Source of the DNA: Chloroflexota bacterium
Lineage (GTDB): Bacteria > Chloroflexota > Limnocylindria > QHBO01
Reading direction: 5' to 3'
NCBI GenBank assembly: GCA_003243965.1
Contig: QHBO01000012.1
Coordinates: 75,107-139,106 of the forward strand
DNA: 64,000 bases
Below, in pieces: positions 12,051 through 21,718 of the stretch; within the stretch, counting starts at the first letter, position 1, and the number at the start of each line of letters is the position of its first letter. The position numbers were made by a program, and so were the translations under genes. The notes beneath the pieces were generated by a model. The model was not told where the DNA came from and searched no databases. It worked only from the letters and a program-made list of their open reading frames with translations.

Positions 12051-12743
12051 TCAGCTGCCCAGCCGGCCGCTGCCGACCACGCGTCGCATCCAGTTCAGCT
12101 CATCCTCAACCGTCGTCTCCGGCCCGTGGCCGGGCAGGACGCGTACTTCAGCCGGAAGCTCCCGCGCGAGACGTGCCAGCGAGGCGAGCATCTGGTCGGC
12201 GTCACCGCCCTCCAGGTCCGTTCGCCCCCAGGCGCCGCGGAAGAGCGTATCGCCCGACAGCAACAGGCGATGCTGCTCCGCGTACAGGCACACGCTGCCC
12301 GCCGTGTGGCCGGGAGTGTGAAGCACGTCGAGCACCAGGTCGCCGATCCGCAGCTGCGTCCCCTCGGTGAGATGCTCGTCCGCAACAGTCGGCTCGATTC
12401 GGAAGCCGTATGGATTCACCCCCTGCAGCCGATCCTCGTCCGCGGCGTGGATGGCGAGCGGCGCACCGGATGCGCGCTTGAGCGCTGCGTTGTCGAAGAT
12501 GTGGTCGATGTGACCGTGTGAATTGGCGATCACCTGCAGGCGCAGGCCGTTCATCGCGGCGCGCTCCATCAGCGCCGCGGCGGCGCCCATCCCCGGGTCG
12601 AGGACCAGCGCCTCGGCGGAGCGGCCGTCCCAGACGAGGTACGCATTCGTCTGCCAGGGCCCAAAGCTGCCGGTCTCGATGCGCGCCGCGTGCTCCGGCT
12701 CCGCGGCGCCGTGTCCGCGCTCGACCACCGTATCGCCGCTCAC
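12051..12743 (-). CDS. MBL-fold hydrolase, hydroxyacylglutathione hydrolase (GloB)-like
   Basis: SHGHIDH, HTPGHT and LSGDTLF motifs. GTG start overlaps the lipB stop (GTGA). The ORF track fuses it to an upstream antisense ORF. Confidence 0.7.
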   Translation of the reverse strand: MSGDTVVERGHGAAEPEHAARIETGSFGPWQTNAYLVWDGRSAEALVLDPGMGAAAALMERAAMNGLRLQVIANSHGHIDHIFDNAALKRASGAPLAIHAADEDRLQGVNPYGFRIEPTVADEHLTEGTQLRIGDLVLDVLHTPGHTAGSVCLYAEQHRLLLSGDTLFRGAWGRTDLEGGDADQMLASLARLARELPAEVRVLPGHGPETTVEDELNWMRRVVGSGRLGS

Positions 12744-13564
12744 TGCTCGCGCCCGCCGGCTGGTCCGACGATGCCCGGCAGCGCACCTTCGAGCCGAAGT
12801 CCGAGGGCCGCCGCCAGCTCGGCGGCCAGCCGGTCCGCGACGTCGTCGGTCGCCACCGGCTTCCCGAGCTCGCGGACGAGCGACGTGACCTCCCGGTCGG
12901 GAATGCCGCAGGGGATCATCTCCTCGTACCAGCGGAGGTCGGTGGCCACGTTGAGGGCCAGGCCGTGGGTGGTGACCGCGCGCCGGACACGGACCCCGAT
13001 GGCGGCGATCTTGCGCCGCCCCTCGACCCACACGCCCGGCAGCTCGTCGATGCGCTCGGCAGCGACGCCGAAGGCCCCGAGGGTGGCCATCACCGCGACT
13101 TCCAGCGCCCGGACGTACCGCCGCAGATCGAGGGGATCCCGCAGCTCGACGATCGGATAGGCGACGATCTGCCCGGGGCCGTGGAACGTGACGTCGCCAC
13201 CACGGTCGATGCGGTAGAAGGCGGCACCCAGCTGCCGAAGGCGCTCGGGGCTGGCGAGCAGGTTCGCCTGGTTGCCGCCACGACCGATGGTGTACACCGG
13301 AAAGTGCTCGAGCAGCAGCAGTCGGTCGCCGATGCGTCGCTCGCGCCGCTGCTGGGCCAGCTCGTCCTGGAGCTCCCACGCCGGTTCGTAGGCAACGGTC
13401 CCGAGATGCTGCACCGTGAGCTCCCCGCCATGCGCGGCGAGGAGCGGGTGCGCGTCGCTCGGCGGTGTGGACCGGTCGGGGCCGGCCCGCCGGCCGGCCT
13501 GCCGGCGGACGGAGGTTCCGCGGTCGGACCCGGTCGCCGGCGCGGTGCTGATGTCGCGCATCAC
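12740..13564 (-). CDS. lipB: Lipoyl(octanoyl) transferase LipB
   Basis: LGTVAYEPAWELQ, FHGPGQIVAYPI and AIGVRV...HGLALNV motifs. Start is uncertain; the ATG at 13564 gives 274 aa. Confidence 0.8.
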   Translation of the reverse strand: MMRDISTAPATGSDRGTSVRRQAGRRAGPDRSTPPSDAHPLLAAHGGELTVQHLGTVAYEPAWELQDELAQQRRERRIGDRLLLLEHFPVYTIGRGGNQANLLASPERLRQLGAAFYRIDRGGDVTFHGPGQIVAYPIVELRDPLDLRRYVRALEVAVMATLGAFGVAAERIDELPGVWVEGRRKIAAIGVRVRRAVTTHGLALNVATDLRWYEEMIPCGIPDREVTSLVRELGKPVATDDVADRLAAELAAALGLRLEGALPGIVGPAGGREQ

Positions 13565-13577
13565 GGACCGGCGGCTC

Positions 13578-14636
13578 CTAGACCGCCGCGGCGATCGCCG
13601 GTTCCGGCACCTGCTCGGCGGCGTGATAGCTGGAGCGCACCAGCGGCCCCGACTGGACGTGCCGGAAGCCGATCTGCAGCCCGATCCGTCGCAGGGCCAT
13701 GAACTCGGCCGGGGTGTAGTACCGCCGCAGGGGCAGGTGCTGGCGGGACGGTCTCAGGTATTGACCGATGGTCAGCACCTCGATGTGCGCCGCACGCAGC
13801 AGCTCCATCGCCTCGAGGATCTCGTCCCACGTCTCGCCGAGGCCGAGCATCAGGCCGGTCTTGGTGACCATGCCATCGAACCCGATCTCCGTGGCGATCC
13901 GACGCCCGGTGGCGAGCACCGATACGCTGCGATCCCAGCGCGCCCTGCGTCGGACCGCTCGTTGCAGCCGTGGCACGGTCTCCACGTTGTGGTTCAGGAT
14001 CTCCGGCTGCGCCTGGACCACGGTCCGGATGTCGCCCTCGCGGCCGTTGAGGTCGCTGATCAGCACCTCGATGCTGGTCTGCGGGTTGGTGACACGGATC
14101 TGGCGGATCGTCTCGGCGACCAGCCCGGCGCCCCCATCAGGAAGGTCGTCGCGGGCGACCATGGTCACCACCACGTGCTTCAGCGCCATCCGGCTGACTG
14201 CCTGCGCCACCCGCCGTGGCTCATCCGGATCGGTGACCGGCGGTCGGCCGGTCTGGATTGCGCAGAAGCCGCAGTTGCGCGTGCAGACGCTGCCGAGGAC
14301 CATGAAGGTCGCGGTGCCCAGGGTCCAGCACTCACCGATGTTCGGGCAGCGCGCCTCCTCGCAGACGGTGTGCAGCTCCTCGGCCCGCATCAGCCGATGC
14401 AGATTGGCGTAGGTCTGGCCCGCGCCGACGCGCACCTTCAGCCACTCGGGCCGCCGTCCGTTGGGTCCTGCGTTCTCCGGAAGCGGATCGCCCGGCGCCA
14501 GGAGGCCGCCGTCGACCTCGGGGCCACCGGGATACATCACCTCGCTGGACCCGTGGTGAGCCGGTGCGATGTCGACGACGTCGAGCTCGCCGAGCGCCGA
14601 GTAGTCGAGCTGTGGCTGGGGCCGGTCGAGGGACAT
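13578..14636 (-). CDS. lipA: Lipoyl synthase LipA (radical SAM)
   Basis: CEEARCPNIGEC auxiliary cluster and CTRNCGFC radical-SAM cluster. ATG at 14636 (MSLDRPQ); the longer ORF is an upstream extension. Confidence 0.85.
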   Translation of the reverse strand: MSLDRPQPQLDYSALGELDVVDIAPAHHGSSEVMYPGGPEVDGGLLAPGDPLPENAGPNGRRPEWLKVRVGAGQTYANLHRLMRAEELHTVCEEARCPNIGECWTLGTATFMVLGSVCTRNCGFCAIQTGRPPVTDPDEPRRVAQAVSRMALKHVVVTMVARDDLPDGGAGLVAETIRQIRVTNPQTSIEVLISDLNGREGDIRTVVQAQPEILNHNVETVPRLQRAVRRRARWDRSVSVLATGRRIATEIGFDGMVTKTGLMLGLGETWDEILEAMELLRAAHIEVLTIGQYLRPSRQHLPLRRYYTPAEFMALRRIGLQIGFRHVQSGPLVRSSYHAAEQVPEPAIAAAV

Positions 14637-15037
14637 CGGCGAGAGTCTAGCCCAGCGCGCGCCGCGCGTGAGATCGCCTCTCGGGCGCCGGTCGGACCGA
14701 TGCCCGCCAGCACGTCCCGGCGGAGCGGCCGCGAGCGCCGGACCATCACTCTCCAAGCCGCGCGGCCTCGGCGCGCTCCTGAGCGTGGCGCTACCCTCCG
14801 GATCGGGGGGCTCACTGGATCTCGGTACCCTCAGCTTCGGAGCGTCGCTCGGGCTGTGGTCCGTGCCGGCCGCCGCGATCGGAGGCCCGGGGCTGCTGGT
14901 GGTGCTGTGGGTCGCGCTGCAGACCGCCGGCGGCATGGCGTGGCTGCCCGGGAGACGCTGGATGCTCGGCGAGGAGCGACGCAGGGGACCGCGACCCGGC
15001 TGACGCGGTGTCCCGGCAGAGGGTCGGCGCCACGCGG

Positions 15038-15940
15038 CTAGGCGCTGCGGGTCGTCCCCTCTGCCGAGGCGAGGAAGCTCATGACCGTAGCGGCGAACCG
15101 GTCAGGCTCCTCGAGGTTGATCATGTGCGCCGTGGGAAAGGTCTCCAGCCGCGCGCCGGTGATCTCGCCCGCGAGCCGCCGACACGAGTCATTGGTGGCG
15201 GGGTCGTCAAGCTCGCCGAGCAGCACCAGGGTGGGCACCTCAAGTTCGGCGAGCCGGCCCACCGCCGGCGGTTCGAGCTGAATGGGGATGCCCTCTTCCT
15301 TCTCGGCGCGGTAGGTCGACAGGATCCAGTCGTGGACCCGCTCTCGCAGCGCGGCATCGACGCGGTCCGGCGGCTGTTCCGGGCCATCGACCCACCACCT
15401 CGTCTCGAAGTCCGAGAGGCGCTCCCAGTCGTGTGCCTTCCACATCCGCTCCGCCTCGTCCCAGATCGACTGCCGCTCGGTGGCGGCCGGGGGCCGATAG
15501 CCACTGATCCCGCCAGCGGCCACGATCAGCGCGTCGACGCGTCGGGGATACTCGAGGGCGAAGTCGAGAGCGATGCCGCCGCCCCGCGACGCGCCGAGGA
15601 CGAAGGCCGATGCTGCCAGGCAATGATCCATGATGGCGGCGAGATCGGCGCGGTTCGAGAACTCGACGTGCTCGGACTCGGTGCGGCCATAGCCGCGCGT
15701 GTCGTAGCGGATGACCCGATGGCGCTCGGCGAAGCGGTCGACCTGGAAATCCCACATGCGCAGGTTGGCGACGCCGGCGTGCAGGAGCACGAGCGGATGC
15801 CCGGCGCCCTGCGACTCGAAGTAAATGGAGCCCCCGGGGACGGCGACGAAGCCACTCTCGCTCGTGCCCCGGCCATCGCCGCGGCGAGGATCAGCCAAGC
15901 GGGGTGTCCACGTGCCACTCCTCGAGGCGCTTGCGCACAT
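15038..15940 (-). CDS. Alpha/beta-fold hydrolase
   Basis: HPLVLLHAG, nucleophile elbow GASRGGG and a C-terminal His. The ATG at 15940 overlaps the E2 3' end by 50 nt, so the true start may be internal. Confidence 0.65.
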   Translation of the reverse strand: MCASASRSGTWTPRLADPRRGDGRGTSESGFVAVPGGSIYFESQGAGHPLVLLHAGVANLRMWDFQVDRFAERHRVIRYDTRGYGRTESEHVEFSNRADLAAIMDHCLAASAFVLGASRGGGIALDFALEYPRRVDALIVAAGGISGYRPPAATERQSIWDEAERMWKAHDWERLSDFETRWWVDGPEQPPDRVDAALRERVHDWILSTYRAEKEEGIPIQLEPPAVGRLAELEVPTLVLLGELDDPATNDSCRRLAGEITGARLETFPTAHMINLEEPDRFAATVMSFLASAEGTTRSA

Positions 15941-17390
15941 CGGCCAGGAAAAAGCCGACCTGAGCTCCGTCGAGCACTCGGTGGTCGAAGGAGCAGGTCA
16001 TGTTCATGATCGGGCGGATGGCGATCATGTCCGCGCCATCGACCTCGATCACGGTGGGGCGCTTGACGATCGCCTCCATGGACAGGATCGCCACCTCCGG
16101 AGCGTTGATGATCGGCATCGACGCGACCGAGCCGAACCAGCCGGTGTTATTGACCGTGAAGGTACCGCCCTGGATCTCGTCGAGCTTCAGGCGATTGCTT
16201 CGGGCCCGCGCCGCGAGGTCCTGCACGCGGCGGTTCACACCGTTGATCGAGAGCTGGTCCGCATCGTGGATCACCGGCACGATCAGTCCGTTGTCGACGG
16301 CGACCGCGATACCGATGTTCATGCGCTGCTTGAGGATGACCCGATCCTCGGCGAACTGGCTGTTGAGCGTCGGGTGCTGGCGGAGCGTCTCGGTCACCGC
16401 CTTGACCACCACCGCCACGTAGCTGATGCCGATCCCCTCGCGCGTCTTGTAGGCGGCCTGGTTCGCTTCCCGCCAGCGGACGACGCCGCCCATGTCGACC
16501 TCGACCACGGTGTACGCGTGCGGCACCGTCTGCTTGACCTTGGTCATCTTGGCGGCGATGGCCTTGCGCATCTGGCTCATCGGCAGCTCGGAATCGCCGC
16601 CGCTCGGGGCCGCGACGGCGGCCGGCGGCTGGTAGGCGGGAGTTGTGGTGCCGCCAGCCGATGCGGTCGGTGCGGCGGGCGGCTCCGAACCGGGGCTAGC
16701 CGCAGCGGGAGGCGCCGGCGTAGGCGTTGCCGGGGCGTCCGCCTCCGACGGGACGCGGTTCACGAAGGCGAGGACGTCATCGCGCGTCACTCGGCCGCCC
16801 GCGCCGCTGCCGCGCAGCTGCGCGACGTCGATTCCATGTTCGCGCACCAGGCGCCGTACCGCCGGCGTCATGCGGGCCGTGGCATCGGTCGGGGGAGCAC
16901 CACCCGGCGAGGGGGGACCGGCCTGCGGGGCCGCCGAGCCGGCATCTCCCTGGCCATCGGTCGGAGTGGCGGCCTCCTGTGCGGCAGGCCGCGAAAGGTC
17001 GGGGTCGGGTCCCGCGGATTGCGCCGTCGGGGTCTCGGCCTGCGGCTCCGGCACCCCCTCCCCGGGTGCGGCCGCTGCAGCAGCCGGCCCAGCCTCCTGC
17101 GGCGCCGGTGCGCTTGCCGCGGTGTCGGTCGGCTGCGGCGCGACGCCGTTGCCCGCGGCGTCGATCTCGGCCAGCGGCGTGCCGACCTTCACCGTCTCAC
17201 CATCGCGGACCATGATCCGGGTGACGGTGCCCGCGACCTCCGCGGGCACCTCGGCGTTGACCTTGTCGGTGACGACCTCGAAGAGCGGGTCGTACTGCTC
17301 GACCCGGTCGCCTTCCTTGACCAGCCAGCGCTCGATGGTCCCTTCCGTGACCGACTCGCCGAGCTGCGGCATCTTGATGGTGGTCGCCAT
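15891..17390 (-). CDS. Dihydrolipoamide acyltransferase (E2) of a 2-oxoacid dehydrogenase complex
   Basis: Lipoyl domain (VTDKVNAEV), Ala/Pro-rich linkers, peripheral-subunit-binding domain (VRRLVREHGIDVAQLRGSGAGGRVT), catalytic DHRVLDG. Confidence 0.85.
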   Translation of the reverse strand: MATTIKMPQLGESVTEGTIERWLVKEGDRVEQYDPLFEVVTDKVNAEVPAEVAGTVTRIMVRDGETVKVGTPLAEIDAAGNGVAPQPTDTAASAPAPQEAGPAAAAAAPGEGVPEPQAETPTAQSAGPDPDLSRPAAQEAATPTDGQGDAGSAAPQAGPPSPGGAPPTDATARMTPAVRRLVREHGIDVAQLRGSGAGGRVTRDDVLAFVNRVPSEADAPATPTPAPPAAASPGSEPPAAPTASAGGTTTPAYQPPAAVAAPSGGDSELPMSQMRKAIAAKMTKVKQTVPHAYTVVEVDMGGVVRWREANQAAYKTREGIGISYVAVVVKAVTETLRQHPTLNSQFAEDRVILKQRMNIGIAVAVDNGLIVPVIHDADQLSINGVNRRVQDLAARARSNRLKLDEIQGGTFTVNNTGWFGSVASMPIINAPEVAILSMEAIVKRPTVIEVDGADMIAIRPIMNMTCSFDHRVLDGAQVGFFLADVRKRLEEWHVDTPLG

Positions 17391-17404
17391 GTGGCTCCTC
17401 GTTC

Positions 17405-17827
17405 TCAGGCTCGCGCGCCGCTCGCCGGCACGCTTGCAGTGATGATGTTGCGCTCACGGTACAGGTCGCGAAGGACGCCGATCTCGCCCCCATGGTGCAG
17501 GTCGTGGTCGATCAATGTCCACAGGACGCGCCAGGTCGGCCACTCCTCGCCCCAGTTGGTCATGCGCGGAGCGTCCAGATCGCTGTCGGCGAGGCCGGCG
17601 AGTGCGCTGGCCAGGAGCTGCTGCCCGCGCTCCAACATCGCGATCGCGTCCGCCGCGGTGTGCGCCGAGTCGATCTCCGGCCAGGTGAGAGGCCGGGGGC
17701 GAACGGGCCCGCAGTCGGGGACCGGCTGCCAGAAGAACTCTTCGTCGGTCAGCCCGTCGACACGCTCGCGCACGCCGCGGTAGGCCTCGTCGAGCTGGTC
17801 GGCCAGGAGCTGCGTGGCGGTCGGCAT
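17405..17827 (-). CDS. DinB/YfiT-like (DinB_2 superfamily) protein
   Basis: 140 aa with a histidine triad in helical context (WTLIDHDLHHGGEIG). Sits between E1 beta and E2 with gaps of 4 and 15 nt. Confidence 0.55.
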   Translation of the reverse strand: MPTATQLLADQLDEAYRGVRERVDGLTDEEFFWQPVPDCGPVRPRPLTWPEIDSAHTAADAIAMLERGQQLLASALAGLADSDLDAPRMTNWGEEWPTWRVLWTLIDHDLHHGGEIGVLRDLYRERNIITASVPASGARA

Positions 17828-17830
17828 CGG

Positions 17831-18817
17831 TCAGTAGGCGGCCAGCGCCCGCGCGGCGTCCACGATCTTGGAGGGGTTGATCATGAACCAATCCTCCAGG
17901 GCGTGGTGGAAGGGGACGGCCGGAACCTCCGGTCCCGCGAGGCGGGTGACCGGACCGTCGAGGTGCTCGAAGCCGTCCTGCGCGATGACCGCCGCGACTT
18001 CCGCGCCGTATCCCCCGAACTGGTTCGCCTCGTGGACCACCAGCGCCTTGCCGGTGCGTTCCACCGAGCCGAGAACGGTTGCGACATCGAGCGGACGCAG
18101 CGTCCGCAGATCGACCACCTCGGCCTCGAGCCCGTCCTCGCGGGCCAGGACCTCCGCCGCCTCGAGCGCGCAGAACCGCATGTAGCCGTAGCAGAAGATG
18201 GACAGGTCCTTCCCGGCACGGGCGATGGAGGCGCGGCCGATCGGCAGCACCTCGTCGCCGTCGGGAACTTCCGCCTTGAACAGCCGGTAGGTCTTCTTGT
18301 GCTCGAAGAACATGACCGGATCGGGGTCGCGGATGGCCGCTTTGAGCAGGCCCTTCGCATCCGCGGGCGTGCCGGGGGCGACGACCTTCAGACCGACGGT
18401 CGAGGTGAAGTAGGACTCATTCGACTGCGAATGGTAGAGCGCCCCGTGGACCCCGCCGCCGTACGGCATCCTGATCACCATCGGCAGGCCGAACGCGCCG
18501 TTCGACCGATACCGCATCCGGCTGATCTCGCTCACGATCTGGTTGAACGCGGGATACACGAAATCTGCGAACTGCATCTCGGCGACCGGTCGCAGTCCAT
18601 AGAGCGCCGCGCCCGCCGCCGCGCCGGCGATGAGGCCTTCGCTGAGCGGCGTGTCGAGCACCCGCTTGTCGCCGTACTTGGCCCACAGCCCCTCCGTCGC
18701 GCCGAAGACGCCACCCTTCTTGCCGACGTCCTCGCCGAGGACCATCACCCGCTCGTCCCGCTCCAGCTCCTCGTCCATCGCCTGCCGGATCGCCTCGAGG
18801 ATATTCAGCTCGGCCAT
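17831..18817 (-). CDS. 2-oxoacid dehydrogenase E1 component beta subunit
   Basis: 328 aa transketolase-like beta subunit. Start overlaps the E1 alpha stop (TGATG). Confidence 0.85.
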   Translation of the reverse strand: MAELNILEAIRQAMDEELERDERVMVLGEDVGKKGGVFGATEGLWAKYGDKRVLDTPLSEGLIAGAAAGAALYGLRPVAEMQFADFVYPAFNQIVSEISRMRYRSNGAFGLPMVIRMPYGGGVHGALYHSQSNESYFTSTVGLKVVAPGTPADAKGLLKAAIRDPDPVMFFEHKKTYRLFKAEVPDGDEVLPIGRASIARAGKDLSIFCYGYMRFCALEAAEVLAREDGLEAEVVDLRTLRPLDVATVLGSVERTGKALVVHEANQFGGYGAEVAAVIAQDGFEHLDGPVTRLAGPEVPAVPFHHALEDWFMINPSKIVDAARALAAY

Positions 18818-19836
18818 CAGCGGGTCTCCGCGGCGTACACGCCGCCGGCCGCTGTCTCCGGCTCCGGATCAGGTCGCGCCTCGGCGCGGCGGGATGCCTC
18901 GTTGACCTCCGCCTTGACCTCCGCCCTGAGCCGCTCCTCGATCGGGTCGGTCAGGATCCCGAGCTGGCGGAGCTGATCCGCGAAGCGGGGTAGCGGATCG
19001 TGCTCCTTGAGCCCCTCCACCTCGGAGGGGTCGCGGTACCGGCGCTGGTCGTCGTCGCTGGAATGGCTGGTGAGCCGGACCACCTTGGCCTCGATCAGGG
19101 TCGGCCCCTCGCCGGCCCGAGCTCGCGCGTGCGCCTCGCGGGCAGCCCCGAAGCAGGCCAGCACATCGGATCCGTCGACCGTCACACCGGGCATGCCGTA
19201 GCCCACCGCGCGCGCAGCCACCGACAGACCGCCGACCTGCTTGGCCAGCGGGACGCTGATCGCATACCCGTTGTTCTCACACACGAAGATGACGGGCAGC
19301 TTGTGGACACCGGCGAAGTTCATCGCTTCGTGGATCTCGCCCTGGTTGCTCGTGCCCTCGCCGTAGAACGTGATCGCCACCACGTCGTCGCCCCGCACCC
19401 AGGCAGCCATCGCAATGCCCACCGCGTGGAGCACCTGGGTGCCCACCGGAGAGCTGACGCTGACGATGTTGTACGGCGCCCCGCCGTAGTGGCCGGGCAT
19501 CTGGCGACCGCCGGAGCTGACGTCGTCGCCCTTTGCCAGGTGAGCGGTGATGATGTCCTCCGCGCTCATGCCAAAGGTCATGGTGGCGGCGATCGATCGG
19601 TAGAAGGGCGCCATCCAGTCCTGGCCTCGGCGCATTGCCCACGAGGTGCCGACCTGCGCCCCCTCATGGCCCTGTCCGCTGATGATGAACGCGATCTTCC
19701 CGGCCCGCTGCATGAGCCACATCCGCTCGTCGACCGCTCGGGCGAGCAGCATCGCGCGGTACATGGCCAGGACCTCATCGTCGCTGAGTCCCAGCTCGCG
19801 GTGACGGGTCGTCGCGGCGGCTTTGGTGGTGGCCAC
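18817..19836 (-). CDS. 2-oxoacid dehydrogenase E1 component alpha subunit (TPP-binding)
   Basis: TPP motif GEGTSNQGEIHEAMNFA...VIFVCENNGYAIS. GTG at 19836 is preceded by the SD GGAAGGAGGG (complement of 19841-19850) and lies just after the lpd stop at 19851-19853. The upstream ORF extension overlaps lpd and is rejected. Confidence 0.8.
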   Translation of the reverse strand: MATTKAAATTRHRELGLSDDEVLAMYRAMLLARAVDERMWLMQRAGKIAFIISGQGHEGAQVGTSWAMRRGQDWMAPFYRSIAATMTFGMSAEDIITAHLAKGDDVSSGGRQMPGHYGGAPYNIVSVSSPVGTQVLHAVGIAMAAWVRGDDVVAITFYGEGTSNQGEIHEAMNFAGVHKLPVIFVCENNGYAISVPLAKQVGGLSVAARAVGYGMPGVTVDGSDVLACFGAAREAHARARAGEGPTLIEAKVVRLTSHSSDDDQRRYRDPSEVEGLKEHDPLPRFADQLRQLGILTDPIEERLRAEVKAEVNEASRRAEARPDPEPETAAGGVYAAETR

Positions 19837-19850
19837 GCGTCCCTCCTTCC

Positions 19851-21269
19851 TCAGACGTGGATGGCTGTGCCGTCGACCGCCAGGGCGGCCTCGGCGAGCA
19901 CTTCGGTCAGCGTCGGATGCGCGTGCACCGACATCGCGATCTCGCCCGTGGTGGCCTCCACCAGTCGGGCGAGGGTCGGCTCCGCGAGCAGGTCGCCCGC
20001 GTGCGGACCGATGATGTGCGTGCCGAGCAGCTCCCCGGTCTCGGCGTGCGCGACCATCTTCGCGAACCCGTCCGTTTCGCCGACGATGGTGGCCTTGCCG
20101 AGAGCCCGGAACGGGAAGGACCCGGTCCGGACCGGCAACCCTCGGTCCCGCGCCTCCTGCTCGGTGAGCCCCACGCTGCCGATCTGTGGCCGGCAGAACG
20201 TGACGCGCGGCATGAGGTCCATCCGCACCGGGTCGGGCTTGTGGCCGGCAATCGTCTCGACCGCCACCACCGCCTCGTGGCTGGCCACGTGCGCCAGCTG
20301 GAAACCGGGCACGATGTCGCCGATGGCGTACAAGTGTGGCACGCCGGTCCGCATCCATTCGTCCACGGTCACGTATCCCCGCTCGAGCCTGAGCCCTGCG
20401 ATTGCCTCGAGCCCGATGCCGTCGGTCAGTGGGCGCCGGCCGACCGCCACCAGCAGCAGCTCCGACTCGACCTCGGTTCGCGTGCTGCCCTCGTTGGCCG
20501 CGATCGCGAACCGGAGCCCGGACGCCGTGCGCTCGATCGAGGCACCGTCAACGGTCGCCGCGGGAAACAGCCTGATCCCGCGGCGCTTGAAGAGCCGCGT
20601 CAGCTCCTTGCCGATCTCGGGATCCTCGAGCGGGACGATCCGGTCCATGAACTCGACGAGGTTCACCTCGGTGCCGAAGTCGCGGTACATGCTCGCCCAC
20701 TCGACTCCGATCGCCCCCGCGCCGATGATCGTCACGCTTCCCGGCGCTCGGTCCCGGGTGAGTGCCTCGTCGCTGGTGACGATCCGCTCGCCGTCCACCT
20801 CGATGCCTTGCAGCGGTCGCGGCGCGGAGCCGGTGGCCAGGATCAGGTCTGTGGCACTCGCCGTCAGCGCTCCCGCCTCTCCGTCGGAGATTCGGACGCT
20901 CGTCGGCGAGGTCAGCGCACCGCTCCCGCGCAGGACCGTCACTCCGTTCTTCTTCAGCAGGAACTCGACGCCGCGGACATGCTTGTCGACGATCGCGTCA
21001 CGCCGCTTGGCCAGCGCACCGTAGTCCAGCGTGACGCCGCTGCCGCCGGCGAGTCCCAGCTCGGCTCCCTGCTGCGTGACACGGTGGAGCAGGTCGGCGG
21101 TCTCGAGCAGCGTCTTGGACGGGATGCAGCCGCGGTTCAGACAGGTGCCGCCGAGCCGGTCGCGCTCGACGACCCCCACGCTCATACCCAGCTGGGCGGC
21201 GCGGATGGCGCCGACGTAGCTCATGCCACCGCCCAGGATCAGCAGGTCGAACTGTCGGCCCTCGCTCAT
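19851..21269 (-). CDS. lpd: Dihydrolipoamide dehydrogenase (E3)
   Basis: GGGMSYVGAIRAAQLG FAD fold and the redox disulfide GGTCLNRGCIPSK. Confidence 0.85.
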   Translation of the reverse strand: MSEGRQFDLLILGGGMSYVGAIRAAQLGMSVGVVERDRLGGTCLNRGCIPSKTLLETADLLHRVTQQGAELGLAGGSGVTLDYGALAKRRDAIVDKHVRGVEFLLKKNGVTVLRGSGALTSPTSVRISDGEAGALTASATDLILATGSAPRPLQGIEVDGERIVTSDEALTRDRAPGSVTIIGAGAIGVEWASMYRDFGTEVNLVEFMDRIVPLEDPEIGKELTRLFKRRGIRLFPAATVDGASIERTASGLRFAIAANEGSTRTEVESELLLVAVGRRPLTDGIGLEAIAGLRLERGYVTVDEWMRTGVPHLYAIGDIVPGFQLAHVASHEAVVAVETIAGHKPDPVRMDLMPRVTFCRPQIGSVGLTEQEARDRGLPVRTGSFPFRALGKATIVGETDGFAKMVAHAETGELLGTHIIGPHAGDLLAEPTLARLVEATTGEIAMSVHAHPTLTEVLAEAALAVDGTAIHV

Positions 21270-21706
21270 CGGGCGTCCCGCGGGCGATCCAGCGCTCGGC
21301 CCTCGTATGCCGCCAGCGAGCCGCGCCAGGCTGCCTGTATCGGCTCCGGCCGGCCCCCGGCGTAGTCATAGCAGACCAGCACCGATGAGGCCTCGGCCGC
21401 GGAGCGGCTCGCCTCGCCGGCGACCACCCGATGGCTCATCCCGAACGAGCTGCGGCCGATCCAGTCGACGCGGGTGGCAACCTCGACCGGCTCTCCGAAC
21501 AGGATCGGCGAGCGGAAATCGCAGCTGATATGGGCAAGGATCATCGGTAGCCCGCGGATCGCATCGATGGCAAGCACGTCGCGCAGGTACCGGACGCGCG
21601 CCTGCTCGACATAGCTGATGAACACGGCGTTGTTCACATGACGCAGCGCGTCGATGTCGCCGAAGCGCACCTCAACGCGCGTGTGATGGCGAAACTCGTC
21701 AGTCAC
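21266..21706 (-). CDS. Hotdog-fold acyl-CoA thioesterase (4HBT/YbgC-like)
   Basis: 146 aa. GDIDALRHVNNAVFISY hotdog signature. Stop overlaps the lpd start (ATGA). Confidence 0.7.
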   Translation of the reverse strand: MTDEFRHHTRVEVRFGDIDALRHVNNAVFISYVEQARVRYLRDVLAIDAIRGLPMILAHISCDFRSPILFGEPVEVATRVDWIGRSSFGMSHRVVAGEASRSAAEASSVLVCYDYAGGRPEPIQAAWRGSLAAYEGRALDRPRDAR

Positions 21707-21718
21707 GGGGGGCCGATT

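Noticed and set aside
12051-13379. 442-aa ORF spanning the MBL hydrolase and antisense of lipB
   Set aside because: Only the C-terminal 230 aa carries the MBL motifs. A GTG at 12743 with GTGA coupling to the lipB stop gives a normal-sized protein, and the upstream part is Arg-rich noise.
14668-15003. 111-aa + strand ORF in the 400-nt gap between lipA and the alpha/beta hydrolase gene
   Set aside because: It has no start context or RBS, a Gly/Ala/Leu low-complexity translation, and lies antisense to the probable lipA promoter region. I keep it as unlikely rather than impossible.
15014-15066. 10-bp inverted repeat (CGGCAGAGGG...CCCTCTGCCG) around the alpha/beta hydrolase stop codon as a terminator
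   Set aside because: One arm lies inside the coding sequence, the loop is 32 nt, and there is no U-tract. The evidence is too weak to call.
18817-20358. 513-aa E1 alpha ORF extending through the lpd 3' end
   Set aside because: The N-terminal 174 residues overlap lpd in another frame and are low complexity. GTG 19836 behind a GGAAGGAGGG SD gives a canonical 339-aa E1 alpha.
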